From Dehalococcoidia bacterium (GTDB taxonomy: Bacteria; Chloroflexota; Dehalococcoidia; Lucifugimonadales; UBA2962), in the NCBI GenBank assembly GCA_965116605.1, contig OZ220697.1, positions 1,617,427-1,681,426 on the forward strand: a DNA stretch of 64,000 nt, given 5' to 3'. The notes below the pieces were generated by a model, which saw only the letters and a list, made by a program, of their open reading frames with translations, was not told the DNA's origin and did no database searches. Of the stretch, positions 36,582 through 46,588 are shown one piece after another. The stretch's first letter is position 1. Each line of letters starts with the position of its first letter. Made by a program: the position numbers and the translations under genes.

Positions 36582-39500
36582 CTACAACCCTCCCATGGTC
36601 ACCGCCGACGTGCCCACGCTGATCAGGGACTCCTCGTTGTCCTCATCATCCGTGAAGGTCACCCGCACCTTGATGACCTTGCCGTTCTCGGTTGACTGGA
36701 GCGTGTAGGTGGAGCTCGTCGCCCCGTCGATCTCCGTGTCGTTGGCAAGCCACTGGTAGCTGTACGACACGCCCGTCAGCCCGTCGGCATCGGAGATTCC
36801 GGACGTGCTGGCCGTCAGGGTCTGGCCAACCTGCTTCGTGCCGCTGATGGTCGGGGCGCCCGTCGCCGGGTTATTCGTGGTAGCGCTCTCATCTTCAGAC
36901 GTAGACCCGTCGCCGACGGAGTTGGTTGCGAATATGCGGACAGTGTACTCGGTCCCGTCACTGAGGCCCGTGATGGTGTATGAGTTCTCCGTCGAGGTAT
37001 CCGTCGTCGTTGCCTCCGATACGTCCGCTTCCGTGTCCCAGCTGTCCGAGTCCTCCTTCCACTGGACCGTGTAGCCCGTTATCTCCGCGCCTCCGTCCGA
37101 TTCGGGTTGCACCCATTCAACATCAAGCTCGCCCGCTGCCCCCGGTTCGACCCGTACGGCGCGGGGCTCGCTGGGAAGCGCCGCCGCCACCGTCCCTAAT
37201 TCCAGGGTTCCGGACTCAAAGTTGCCCAGATCGTCATCGAACTGCCATTTCACCGTGAGTTCCCTGCCCACATACCAGCGTTCGATCGTCCACCGACTTG
37301 TGGAGCCCGGCCTGTTCAAGAAGCTCGTTCCAAGCCAGATGCCGCCACTTGTATCGTCGTCGTAGTCCAGGACCCAGTGGAAGTTCCAGTAGGCATCGTC
37401 CCTCCCGTCCGCATCGCTTATGCCGGAAACATCCACGGTCAACTCCCCGCCCACCTCGACCGTGCCGGTAAAGGTGACGGTCCCCTGAGCAGCGTTGTTC
37501 TCCGCAGCAACCGTAGCGGGATCTACAACCGAGGTCGGAGCGCTGAACATCGTCTCCTCATTTCCCGCATCATCGGTGAAGGTCACCTTAACCTTCAGCC
37601 TCTCTCCTTCGTCCGCGTCCATCAGGAGGTAGCTCTCGCCGGTGGCGTCAGATATGTCGGTGAAGGTGTCCCCATCCCCTCTCATCCACTGGTAGGCAAA
37701 CGTAGCGTTGTCGAGTCCGTTCTCATCCTCGATGCTGTTTCTGCTGTAACCGGAAATGGCGGTGGTCCTGGCCAGTAGGGTATCTCCCACCTCGATCCCG
37801 TAGTGCACCTCTCCGTAAGAGCCGCTCGAATAGCGGTAAAGGATCCGGGGCGCTCCGGACGCCGGGCTGTTGGTACTATCGGCCGCCACCGCAACAGACG
37901 TAGGAGCGCTCTCCACAGCCTCGCTGTAGTTGTCGTCGTCTTTGAAGCTCAGCACGTACGTTATCCTCTTGCCGACATCGGCGGACCGGACCGTGTATCG
38001 GCTGCCCGTCGCGCCATCGACCGCCGTACCGTCCACATACCACTGGGTGGTATCGGTGCGATAGAGGTTGTCATCCGTCCCGTTCCTGTCATAGAAACCA
38101 CCAAAAGACCTCCTTAGTTCCACACCCACCTTCGGGATCCCGCTCAGATAGGGCGCGCCCCTCGCGGGATAGTCGGGATAGACAATGGGCCCGACGGTTT
38201 CGCTCACGACCGTCTCAGAATTGCCGCCGTCGTCGGTGAACGAGACGGACACCTTGACGGTTTCCCCACGTATCCAGCGATTGGGAGTCAGGGACTCTCG
38301 GGTGGAGCACGTGTATTCCCGACTGCCATCGTTGCAGAGCCAGGAATAGCTGAACCCAGAGTCGGGCATGCCGTTCTCGTCGTCGACGCCGGACATGTCG
38401 ACCGTCATGGAATGGTCCGATTTGATATGGGGTTCCCCCACGATGACCGGCTGTCCTGTCGCCGCCACGTTGGTTTCCTCCGCAACGGCATCGGTCGCGT
38501 CGCTTATCACGATCTCGTGGTTGCCCTCGTCATCTTCGAACTTGACCAGCACCTTGATCTCCCTGTCCAGGTCCGATGCGTCGATCTCATACGTGGACGA
38601 GGTTGCGTCATCTATGTCCTCGTCGGTCGTGCCGTCGCTGGAGATCCACTGGTACTCGAAAGTGGGGTTGGTGAGTCCGTCGTCGTCCGCAATGTCCGAC
38701 GTGGACGCGGTGAGGGTCCGGCCCACCGTCGTCGTGCCGCTTATGCTGGGCTGACCGGATGCCAGATTGTTGTCATCATCCGCATTTGGCAGGGTCAGGG
38801 GATCGCCACGACTGATGACGATGCCGTTGCCCCAGGTCATATCGAACTCAGCCGAGACCACCCTGACCGAGGCGGCTCCATCTCCGTCGCGAGTCACCGT
38901 CGTCCCATCGGTGCTGGTGCCGCCGGCCGACAATGTGACTTCTGTTGAGGCCAGCGAGCCTCCATAGGCTTCGAGGGTCAGGGAGATGTCGAAGGGCGTT
39001 GCGTTAGACACGTTGACCACGACATCGCCGTCGTCGTTCCGGGTCAACGTCAGACCGAATGCGAACGGGGCTCCCGGGTTATCCTCCAACGACAGCCGCT
39101 CCAGGGAGGTCCAGCCGTCAAAGAGTCCATCGGGAAGCTCGTCCAGTTGATTTTCGTTGAGGTAGAGGCTCTCCAGGCCGCTGAGGTCGTCGAAGACTTC
39201 GTCCGGGAGGTCGTCCAGTTCATTTTTGCCGAGACCGAGACTCACCAAGGAGCTGAGCTCACTGAAGATGTCGTCCGGAAGATCCTCCAGACTGTTGTTC
39301 CAAAAGCTCAGGTCCTCCAGGTTGTCCAGTTCGGAAAATAGGTCTGCGGAGAGGGAGCTCAGGCTGTTGCCTGTCAAGTACAGACGCTCGAGACTGTCCA
39401 GCTCGTCGAATATCTCATCTGGAAGGCCAGTCAAACCGTTCGAATTGAGATTCAGCTCCTCCAGCTCAGACTGGTTGTCCAGCAACCCCGACGGGAGAGA

Positions 39501-40703
39501 GGTCAAATCGTTGTACGACAGGTCTAGGACTTCCAACACGAGCAGGGAGTCAAACACGTCCTCCGGGAGGGATGAAATGGCGTTACGGTTCAGCTTGAGG
39601 TCCGTCAGCAGCGTCAGGGGGTCGAATACATCGCTCCCCAGCGTCGCCAGGTGGTTCTGATAGACCTGCAATTCGGTCAACCCGGAAAGGCCGGTAAAGA
39701 CTCCATTCGGCAACTCGGTTATGCGGGTCTTCCGGATTTCCAGAGACGGGACATTGGAGAGGCCCGCAAAGTCACCCGCTTTGAAGGAGTCGATTCTGGG
39801 TGCGGGGGGGATGCGGTTGGCCAGGTCCCCAACAAACAGGAACCAACCAGTGATTTCCGAAAGATGTGCGTCAGTTACGAAACCGCAATCCCTAACGTCC
39901 GGGTACCACAGGATCTCTTCCTGTACTACAGGTGTCCGCGAGCAGATGCCGGCGTCCTCAGCGACCACCGCCACCGTCGCCGGGCTGGTCAGGGATTCTG
40001 CATTGCCCAGATCATCGGTGAAGGAGACCCGGACCTTGATGGTCTTTCCCTCGTCGGACGCCTGCAACGTGTACTTTTGACCCGTTGCACCGTCGATGTC
40101 CGTATCCGTGGTGCCGTCGTTCGAAATCCACTGGTAGGAGAAGGTGACATTCTCCATGCCATCCTCGTCCTCGATGAGCCAGTTGCGGGACTGGAGCTGT
40201 CGCGTCACCCGGGGCTCCACGGAACCAGGCAACGGATCTCCGATTCTAGGCTCGCCCGTCGCGGGCGTATTCGTTTCGCGGGTCACCGTCACGGTGTAGG
40301 TCTGGGTGGCCTGGCCGTCTTCGGCGGTCACCTCCACGGTGATGGTGTTGCTTCCCACACTCAGCGAGACAGTGCCGTCTGAGTCCTCGACACCACCGAG
40401 CTTGATGACGTAGCCCGCCCCGGAATGGTTGACCGTGGGCGTGACGGTCGTCTCCGAGACGCTCCTGTACACGCTCGCCGTGTAAGAGGTCGTGCCGGAT
40501 GCGAATGTGCCGAAGTCCACGTTGCTCAGCGTCAGGGCGCTGAGGGTGGCGTCGGTGCTCTGGGTCTGGGCCAGGGCCGTCGGAGTCAGACCCGTTGCTG
40601 CCAGTGCCAGCGCAACCGAAAGTATGAGCGCCGCTCTAGAGCGTCCCGGCCTGACCGCGACCCATGCCAGCCTCGATCTGAGGATTGTCACTGCCCTTGT
40701 CAC
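36582..40703 (-). CDS. Giant surface protein (1373 aa): cadherin-like beta-sandwich, leucine-rich repeats, FN3 and seven ~90-aa YQW..DG..I.GAT..Y.....D.GK.I.V.V.F.DD.GN.E modules
   Basis: - Signal-like N-terminus.
- ATLSALTLSNVDFGTFASGTTSYTA.. (cadherin-like beta sandwich).
- About 12 LRRs (L..L.L..N.L..LP...F..L).
- FN3 (PSEPRAVRVEP...ITGYTVQWKE..YTITGLSDGTEYTVRIFATN). Confidence 0.8.
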   Translation of the reverse strand: MTRAVTILRSRLAWVAVRPGRSRAALILSVALALAATGLTPTALAQTQSTDATLSALTLSNVDFGTFASGTTSYTASVYRSVSETTVTPTVNHSGAGYVIKLGGVEDSDGTVSLSVGSNTITVEVTAEDGQATQTYTVTVTRETNTPATGEPRIGDPLPGSVEPRVTRQLQSRNWLIEDEDGMENVTFSYQWISNDGTTDTDIDGATGQKYTLQASDEGKTIKVRVSFTDDLGNAESLTSPATVAVVAEDAGICSRTPVVQEEILWYPDVRDCGFVTDAHLSEITGWFLFVGDLANRIPPAPRIDSFKAGDFAGLSNVPSLEIRKTRITELPNGVFTGLSGLTELQVYQNHLATLGSDVFDPLTLLTDLKLNRNAISSLPEDVFDSLLVLEVLDLSYNDLTSLPSGLLDNQSELEELNLNSNGLTGLPDEIFDELDSLERLYLTGNSLSSLSADLFSELDNLEDLSFWNNSLEDLPDDIFSELSSLVSLGLGKNELDDLPDEVFDDLSGLESLYLNENQLDELPDGLFDGWTSLERLSLEDNPGAPFAFGLTLTRNDDGDVVVNVSNATPFDISLTLEAYGGSLASTEVTLSAGGTSTDGTTVTRDGDGAASVRVVSAEFDMTWGNGIVISRGDPLTLPNADDDNNLASGQPSISGTTTVGRTLTASTSDIADDDGLTNPTFEYQWISSDGTTDEDIDDATSSTYEIDASDLDREIKVLVKFEDDEGNHEIVISDATDAVAEETNVAATGQPVIVGEPHIKSDHSMTVDMSGVDDENGMPDSGFSYSWLCNDGSREYTCSTRESLTPNRWIRGETVKVSVSFTDDGGNSETVVSETVGPIVYPDYPARGAPYLSGIPKVGVELRRSFGGFYDRNGTDDNLYRTDTTQWYVDGTAVDGATGSRYTVRSADVGKRITYVLSFKDDDNYSEAVESAPTSVAVAADSTNSPASGAPRILYRYSSGSYGEVHYGIEVGDTLLARTTAISGYSRNSIEDENGLDNATFAYQWMRGDGDTFTDISDATGESYLLMDADEGERLKVKVTFTDDAGNEETMFSAPTSVVDPATVAAENNAAQGTVTFTGTVEVGGELTVDVSGISDADGRDDAYWNFHWVLDYDDDTSGGIWLGTSFLNRPGSTSRWTIERWYVGRELTVKWQFDDDLGNFESGTLELGTVAAALPSEPRAVRVEPGAAGELDVEWVQPESDGGAEITGYTVQWKEDSDSWDTEADVSEATTTDTSTENSYTITGLSDGTEYTVRIFATNSVGDGSTSEDESATTNNPATGAPTISGTKQVGQTLTASTSGISDADGLTGVSYSYQWLANDTEIDGATSSTYTLQSTENGKVIKVRVTFTDDEDNEESLISVGTSAVTMGGL

Positions 40704-42014
40704 GTCGTACCTCCGAGGCCGTCACTCATGCGTCTGCAACATGGTCACGAATTGTACCAAATGCGTGCAGTCTCACACCTGTACAGACGGTACTTGGACG
40801 GCAGCGAATCAACCCATGCCTAAGGGGGCCACGAGTGCAATGATCGGCGAAACCGCCACTGGTCATATCCCTATGGCTCATACATTCAATGCGCCGATTT
40901 CCATCAGCCCTCGGATCGCGAACTGTCATTGTTTACGGTCCTCTTGCTGCGACCTAGTCTTAGTCCACTAAGTGTAGATCGAAAGCGTCTGTTTCGCCGA
41001 GATGTTCTGCAACTATTGTCCTCCTGCTGATGTCGCAAGACTCTACCCGCGACCCTTCCATTTGTGGCACTCGCTGTCAAAGCACCCTCCCCGGAAACCC
41101 ACTGTGCAAACGGGAACAAATGTGCTGGGTGGTCCGCTACCAATCAGTTCAAACAAAAGTATGCCGGCCAGGTTCGCTCACACCCGACGCCGGGCCAACC
41201 TTCATTCCGGCATTCCGGGAGCCAACGTCAACCCGGGGAAGTAGCTGTGGAATTCGCTGACAATAGCAGGGCGCGAATCCGAGGATCCAGGCGCTCCAAA
41301 GGCTGTCTTAAGGCCATCTAGCACGATCAGTATTGGACGTGCCAAGCCCGGGCGCGTCACGACCTGTTGGCTTCCGGGCGGGCCGTCTCCTGCTCCACCC
41401 GCTTGCCACCTTGGCACGGTATCAGCCATTCGCCCACCGGCGGCTACCTGTTCGTCTAGACTCAGACTGACCTCCGTGTCCGCGACCACGGCTCGGTCGG
41501 TGTCTCTAGGCGTTTATGAAGGTGTAGGCCTACCAAAGCGATCTACGACACCTTGCATTTCCTCAAAGCAGGCATTGCTCGAAGCTCAAGTTCCCACTTT
41601 ACTTGTTAGATTCACATACAACCAAGACTATCGCTATCACATCGATCCGGGTTACCTCGAGGCACGGCAGTCCAAACAGCGTTTGGAATTCCTCACATCA
41701 AATCGATCATCTGGCCTAAGCATCCATTTAGCCAATAGCGCCTTTTTCCTTATGCCCACTATGATACCTTGACTACGTGATGTACCACCTGCAATAGCTC
41801 CGTGAGTCGGTGTTGTGACTAGATCAGATGAATTCACGTGGTGACTCTTCTCTTGTGCCTGGGCAGTCAATCAGCAAATTTTCAAGGAGTGCTCCAATGA
41901 TTTCTATGATTTGCTGTCGGACATTGTGAATCATGCGGAGATGGTTTGCGAATGATCCCCTTTGGTGGTGCTGGTCTCGCATGGTCCTTCTCGTGGCCAG
42001 CCCAGCTCTTTCGT

Positions 42015-42048
42015 CTAAGGCGTGTATAAGAGCAGTTATACGCGCCTT
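42015..42048. repeat. Left dif-like recombination core site (inverted repeat L)
   Basis: CTAAG GCGTGTATAA GAGCAG TTATACGCGC CTT. Two 10-bp arms are inverted with respect to each other (9/10) around a 6-bp asymmetric centre. The 29 bp at 42020-42048 are perfectly repeated in inverse orientation at 43481-43509. Confidence 0.85.
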
Positions 42049-42190
42049 ATCGCCTTGGAACCCCCTGGGTGCGAATGTCCAAGACTGCCGCATGGCAAAC
42101 CATCACTAGCAGGCGACCCTAACCGGGCGCAGACCAGAGTTCCCAAGGTCGCAGACAACTCCATCGCGGGTCGCCCTGTATGCGATCCTC

Positions 42191-43447
42191 TCAGGGAGCT
42201 GGGCGGTGATGGCCATAGAACTGGGCAACCGCACCCTTGCCGGCGGTCTCGTTACGGATGTAGTGCGCCGGCATCCTGGAAGTACGCCAGCGTCCGGCGG
42301 TCATCAGGCTGGGCAGTTCGATTCCAGCCCTGGCCAGGTCGCGAGCCATTCCAACCCGTGGCGAGTGGCCGCTGAATCCGTCTCCAAGCCCAGCCACCTG
42401 TGCTGCCATCTTGATTCGCTTGGCGATTTGATTGGGCCGCAATCCAAACACGGTGTCGTCATCAGACGCCTCATTTCGGATTGAACATAGCGCCGCCATT
42501 GTCGCTGTGGAAACGAAGGCGACGGCGCCCTCGCCTTCGGCGTCAGTCTTGGAACGTCGAATCAGGAGTCGCCCCGTGCCGTCGGCTGCCGAAGCAATGT
42601 CCCTCCAGATCAGCACGGCCGCTTCGGATACCCTCAGCATGGCGTCCCTCATGAGGCTGATCATCGCAACGTCAAGGTTGCCCCGGGCTCTGGCGGTCTG
42701 AGGACTCTCAAGTCTACCGCCTCGACCGCGCCGCGGCTTACAGGCGGTGGAACGTATAGCGGCCAGGGCCTCGGCCGTCAGACCCTCCGCCTGCTTCTGG
42801 GACCTTCCCGCCATGCGAGTCGCGCTCCTGAGCATCCTCCTAACCTCGGGACCTGCACAAGGATCCTCGATCCCCGCGGTCCTGTGGGCGAAGGCGATTG
42901 CTGCTGCGGCCACTCGCAGCGTCGCCGGCCTGTGCCCCAGCTCTTCTATGCGCTCGGCAAGATACGCGGCGACATGCACCGGATCGGCAGGCAACGGCTG
43001 CACACCCTTGACCATTGCCCACATGCAGAAACTTCGCCACTGGACATCGTAGTTTGCAATCGTAGTGCGTGAGACTTCATGATCGAGTATCGCGTTAAGG
43101 TTGCCTATATCGGATTCTGAGAGATCCTTTATTGGACTCTGAGGCGCAGCAGGCAGGGACTTATAGACACCTGTTTGATTGATGCAAACGCCGTTAGATT
43201 CCAAGCCATAGTTAGTCCCTTTGCGCGCACCTTCTTTGTAAGATTCATCTGCGGCCGCAGAGGTTTGATCAGCCTTCGCAATTGAGGTGTGAGTCTCTAT
43301 CGCTTCGAGACTGGAGTTCCCTGACTCCAATTCCGAAATGAGACGACGAGCTAGGCTATGGCCAACTCCTTTACTCATTGGATGGTGGTCGATCGGGAGG
43401 TGGCTCGTGTGCACGCTGTGGAAGACTTTCGGCCTGTGGCGCGCCAT
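42191..43447 (-). CDS. Tyrosine site-specific recombinase (Xer/phage-integrase family)
   Basis: Catalytic signature in order: MLRVSEAAVL (Arg), SGHSPRVGMARDL (HxxR), GRWRTSRMPAHYIRN (Trp/His...Tyr). A SAM-like N-domain is present (TIANYDVQWRSFCMWA...HVAAYL). The ATG at 43447 has AAGGAG 5 nt upstream. The track's GTG 43507 lies inside the inverted repeat. Confidence 0.85.
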   Translation of the reverse strand: MARHRPKVFHSVHTSHLPIDHHPMSKGVGHSLARRLISELESGNSSLEAIETHTSIAKADQTSAAADESYKEGARKGTNYGLESNGVCINQTGVYKSLPAAPQSPIKDLSESDIGNLNAILDHEVSRTTIANYDVQWRSFCMWAMVKGVQPLPADPVHVAAYLAERIEELGHRPATLRVAAAAIAFAHRTAGIEDPCAGPEVRRMLRSATRMAGRSQKQAEGLTAEALAAIRSTACKPRRGRGGRLESPQTARARGNLDVAMISLMRDAMLRVSEAAVLIWRDIASAADGTGRLLIRRSKTDAEGEGAVAFVSTATMAALCSIRNEASDDDTVFGLRPNQIAKRIKMAAQVAGLGDGFSGHSPRVGMARDLARAGIELPSLMTAGRWRTSRMPAHYIRNETAGKGAVAQFYGHHRPAP

Positions 43448-43480
43448 AAATCTCCTTGGCTCTTTGATAACCTGTCTGCC

Positions 43481-43514
43481 AAGGCGCGTATAACTGCTCT
43501 TATACACGCTTTAG
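43481..43514. repeat. Right dif-like recombination core site (inverted repeat R)
   Basis: AAGGCGCGTATAACTGCTCTTATACACGC TTTAG is the reverse complement of 42015-42048 with one mismatch in the outer 5 bp. The ORF track shows the same peptide, MYKSSYTRL, at 42022(+) and 43507(-). Confidence 0.85.
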
Positions 43515-44100
43515 GCTCAGGTGCTGAGAAGACCTCCCGTTCGGTTGTGGTTTGGCTCGGTTACCTTCGGCTACCGACTCCTTCTCTTGCAGGGCAACGA
43601 CCCCACCTTCCTATAGCGCCCGTTTGCGTTGCCTGAGTTCACGTCCATTGCCTTGCGTTTAGATATATAACGAATCGAGAGTTGGGACGTTGCGACCGGA
43701 TGCCTGCATATGGCGGCGACGGGGCCTCGAGATGAAACTCTCCGAGCGGCCCGCGACATTGACCGTCCGCACCTGCATGGCCAAGGAGTTCTCATTTTCC
43801 GGCCTCGAGGGGGTGACTCGAAGTCAGTAGGCGGATGAGTGCAAGGAGACTCGTTCCCCGCGGGGTATGTCGACCGCGGTGCCTGGTCGCGGCGCGAGAT
43901 ACCGGCGATGGGCTGGGTCTTCGATTGGGAAGGCTATCCCGGATCGACGGGGGCTGGTTCAAGCCGATTGGTCAGCCCTGGATTGCACTTGGAGAATACA
44001 GGCTCGCCGCCGGGGCGACCTGAGGTACCGATCAGCTGGGGACGATACCCTGGCGGAGAGTCCTAGGCCCGTGTTGGTCCGCCGTTACGGCCCCGGCCTG

Positions 44101-44421
44101 TCAGCTACGGCTCTTGTGGAAACCACCCCTGGTGGGCCCGGCCAGCGCCGCGCTGATCCTGGCTAGCTTGCTCTGCGCGGCCGTGCGCCTTGCATCCATC
44201 GATTTGCGGACCAAGGTCGGCAGATTCCCGACCTGCGAGCTGAGCTCAGCTTCACGCTGGAGGTGCATCAGGCGCACCCTGTAGAGTTCGGACAGGTCCG
44301 ATCCGGTGTGACCCGGCCGACCGCAAAGAATGCACCGGTGCTCGCCGTCCGTCGATACCACCAGCCCGCGGCAATGCGGCCGGGGGCAGTCAAAGCTCTG
44401 GCCCTCTCCACATACAGTCAT
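44101..44421 (-). CDS. Small zinc-ribbon protein, unknown function
   Basis: The CPRPHC...CILC pattern (four Cys in two pairs) is followed by a helical tail. 106 aa. Confidence 0.4.
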   Translation of the reverse strand: MTVCGEGQSFDCPRPHCRGLVVSTDGEHRCILCGRPGHTGSDLSELYRVRLMHLQREAELSSQVGNLPTLVRKSMDARRTAAQSKLARISAALAGPTRGGFHKSRS

Positions 44422-44494
44422 ACGAGTGCCGCGGCCAAACAGCCTCCGATAGGCTGATTAGCGACCAGCGGCCCGGGTTCATGGGCGTCACGGT

Positions 44495-46588
44495 TCAAGC
44501 TCCGGTCCACCGGGACCACGAATATAGTGCGCCACTCCATGTCGGCTCCGTTGCCGCTACGCTTGAATCCGCTGGCTGCTCCCCCTGCGTTGCCATCTCG
44601 TCTCCGGAGGGGGTCGGGACCGTGTCCTCGGACTGATCCTTGGCGGTACCGCCGAACACATTGTCAGGAATCTCATCGCCTACCTGCGTGTTGCGGCGGA
44701 TGATGTCGGCAAGCGTGGTCGCACGCACCTCGGCCATCAACTCTTCGTTAGACAGGAAGTACGGGTCGTTCTCGAACCAGTATCTGTCTCCGTCGCGAAG
44801 GCGGAGAAACTGGTCCGCAATGATCGTGTGGAAGGTCTCGCCGACCATCGCGCCGGCCACGTGATCCTCGGCAAGTCCACCTGTCCAGATGTCGAGATCC
44901 TCTATCCCCGCATATGCCAGGCCCAACGCCTCCTGCACCGCGGGATCAGAGGTGACGTCGGCAAACGACTCGGCAGGCGGCAGTCCATAGGCACTTCGAA
45001 TCACGTTGTAGCTCGGCAGGCCGTGATCGCGGCCCCGCTGTATGTTCAGTGCCGCAAGATCACGCACCGGTCCCCCGGGGGCGCCGAATAGCAGATTGCG
45101 GACCTCGTCGACCAGCTTCGCATCGACCTTCTGGGCTGCCTGCCTGGCCAGGCCCCGCAGAAGTCCCGATATACCCTGCTCGGAAATGAGGGACGGGTTG
45201 AAGAATGCGTCCCGCAGCGAGAGAGGCTGCTCTGCTCCCAGCGAGTCGACGCGAAGCAGGCTCGGGGAGAGCATCGTGTGGCCGAACCTATATGCAGCCG
45301 TGGAGAACTCGTTTGCGATGGTGGGATCGACCCGGGGATCGTAGCCGCCGTATGGCCCGATCGCCCCGCGACCGAGCAGCAGGGGGAGGAACTCCGAATA
45401 GGTGATGACCTGCATCTGCGCCCCGACTATCTTTCGGGCCAGCTCGAAGATCTCGTGGCCGCTGAGGTCCGGGTCTTGCGAGGCGATGGTCTCGGCCAAA
45501 CGGTTGTGCTCCCTGACAAACAGCGTGTGCAGGGCGGTGAGGCCAACCTGCTCATTGGCTCTGATGTCGCCCGCCAGGAACAGATCTGTGCGGTCGCTGC
45601 CTCCCTCATTGTCCAATCCCGCCTCGTTGTACGGCAGGAACTTGCCATCTCCGGAGGTGAGCAGCATGCCGGTGCCGTCATCGGCTCTGAGCGCTCGGCT
45701 CCTGCATGCGTCCGAGCCGTACACGTTGGACCCGTCGATGAAGGCGCTGATCGTGTTGATCTGCTGCCTAGGGGCACCGGGGCCCATGCCTGTTTCCGGG
45801 TCGTACGCCGAGCGGCTAAAGTCGATGGTCTCAAGGCCGGTCCCCATCGGGTCGAAGAGCGTATCCCCGGCGGGAACTGGTATTGGCAGTGCCTCTCTGG
45901 GGTCCGCCTCTGGCGTCAGGCTTATGTCGTGGTCGAGGAACTGCCCCCACTGCCAGACCATGTCCGTAGCCTCGGCAACGTTTGCGATCGGCCAGGTTTG
46001 CGAGGAGACGAAATTGCTTATCAGGCGGCCATTCGGAAGGCCCGCGGGGATCCTCGCGGCAATCGCATACTCAAAGGGCACTGCGGCCCGCCTGGCAAGG
46101 TTGGTGTTGGCCATTCCACGTTCGGGGTGAGCGCGGTTGTTACTCCATCCGTCTATCGAGCGGGGCTCGAACGCAGGAGGGAACTCCCGCAGGCCGATGA
46201 CAGACTCAGCTCCAACGGTCCAGTCCAGATCGACCCCGGACCAGACGAACTGGCGCCCGTTCCCCCTGGCGTCGGAAAAGTTCAGCCACTGACCACCCAC
46301 GTGCAGCGCCAGACACTCGATACCCTCGCTGAGCACAGGCGAGATGTCGATGATCACGCTCCAGTCATCGGCCTCAACCTCCGAACTGTTGTAGAAGACG
46401 TTCGTGACGGTATATGTCGTGCCCAGCCAGGAGAAGGCATCGGAGGTAAGGGTGCCCACGGTACGCCCCGAGGACGAGCCATAACCCAGGAGTCCCTCAT
46501 AACCCCCAACCTCGATCAGGGCGTACCACACGCCCCTATCGGGAGCCCTGTAGGGGACAGTGTCTGGATCACCCTCAGCGTGGGCCAC
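44495..46588 (-). CDS. Animal-type haem peroxidase family protein (secreted)
   Basis: WQWGQFLDHDISLT (distal His region) and TAAYRFGHTMLSP (proximal His) are hallmark strings of the peroxidase-cyclooxygenase superfamily. A signal peptide is encoded in frame upstream of the track's GTG start (see finding). Confidence 0.85.
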   Translation of the reverse strand: MAHAEGDPDTVPYRAPDRGVWYALIEVGGYEGLLGYGSSSGRTVGTLTSDAFSWLGTTYTVTNVFYNSSEVEADDWSVIIDISPVLSEGIECLALHVGGQWLNFSDARGNGRQFVWSGVDLDWTVGAESVIGLREFPPAFEPRSIDGWSNNRAHPERGMANTNLARRAAVPFEYAIAARIPAGLPNGRLISNFVSSQTWPIANVAEATDMVWQWGQFLDHDISLTPEADPREALPIPVPAGDTLFDPMGTGLETIDFSRSAYDPETGMGPGAPRQQINTISAFIDGSNVYGSDACRSRALRADDGTGMLLTSGDGKFLPYNEAGLDNEGGSDRTDLFLAGDIRANEQVGLTALHTLFVREHNRLAETIASQDPDLSGHEIFELARKIVGAQMQVITYSEFLPLLLGRGAIGPYGGYDPRVDPTIANEFSTAAYRFGHTMLSPSLLRVDSLGAEQPLSLRDAFFNPSLISEQGISGLLRGLARQAAQKVDAKLVDEVRNLLFGAPGGPVRDLAALNIQRGRDHGLPSYNVIRSAYGLPPAESFADVTSDPAVQEALGLAYAGIEDLDIWTGGLAEDHVAGAMVGETFHTIIADQFLRLRDGDRYWFENDPYFLSNEELMAEVRATTLADIIRRNTQVGDEIPDNVFGGTAKDQSEDTVPTPSGDEMATQGEQPADSSVAATEPTWSGALYSWSRWTGA

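Noticed and set aside
35088-40703. A diversity-generating retroelement acting on the repeated C-terminal modules of the surface proteins.
   Set aside because: No reverse transcriptase, template repeat or adenine-specific mismatch pattern is visible. The differences between modules are spread over all bases, as in ordinary paralog divergence.
43840-44070. A possible tRNA/tmRNA-like or structured RNA next to the recombinase cassette (GGGGCTGGTTCAAGCC...).
   Set aside because: I could not build a cloverleaf, acceptor stem or T-arm with proper pairing, and there is no CCA-proximal structure. The resemblance is limited to a GGTTCAAGCC string.
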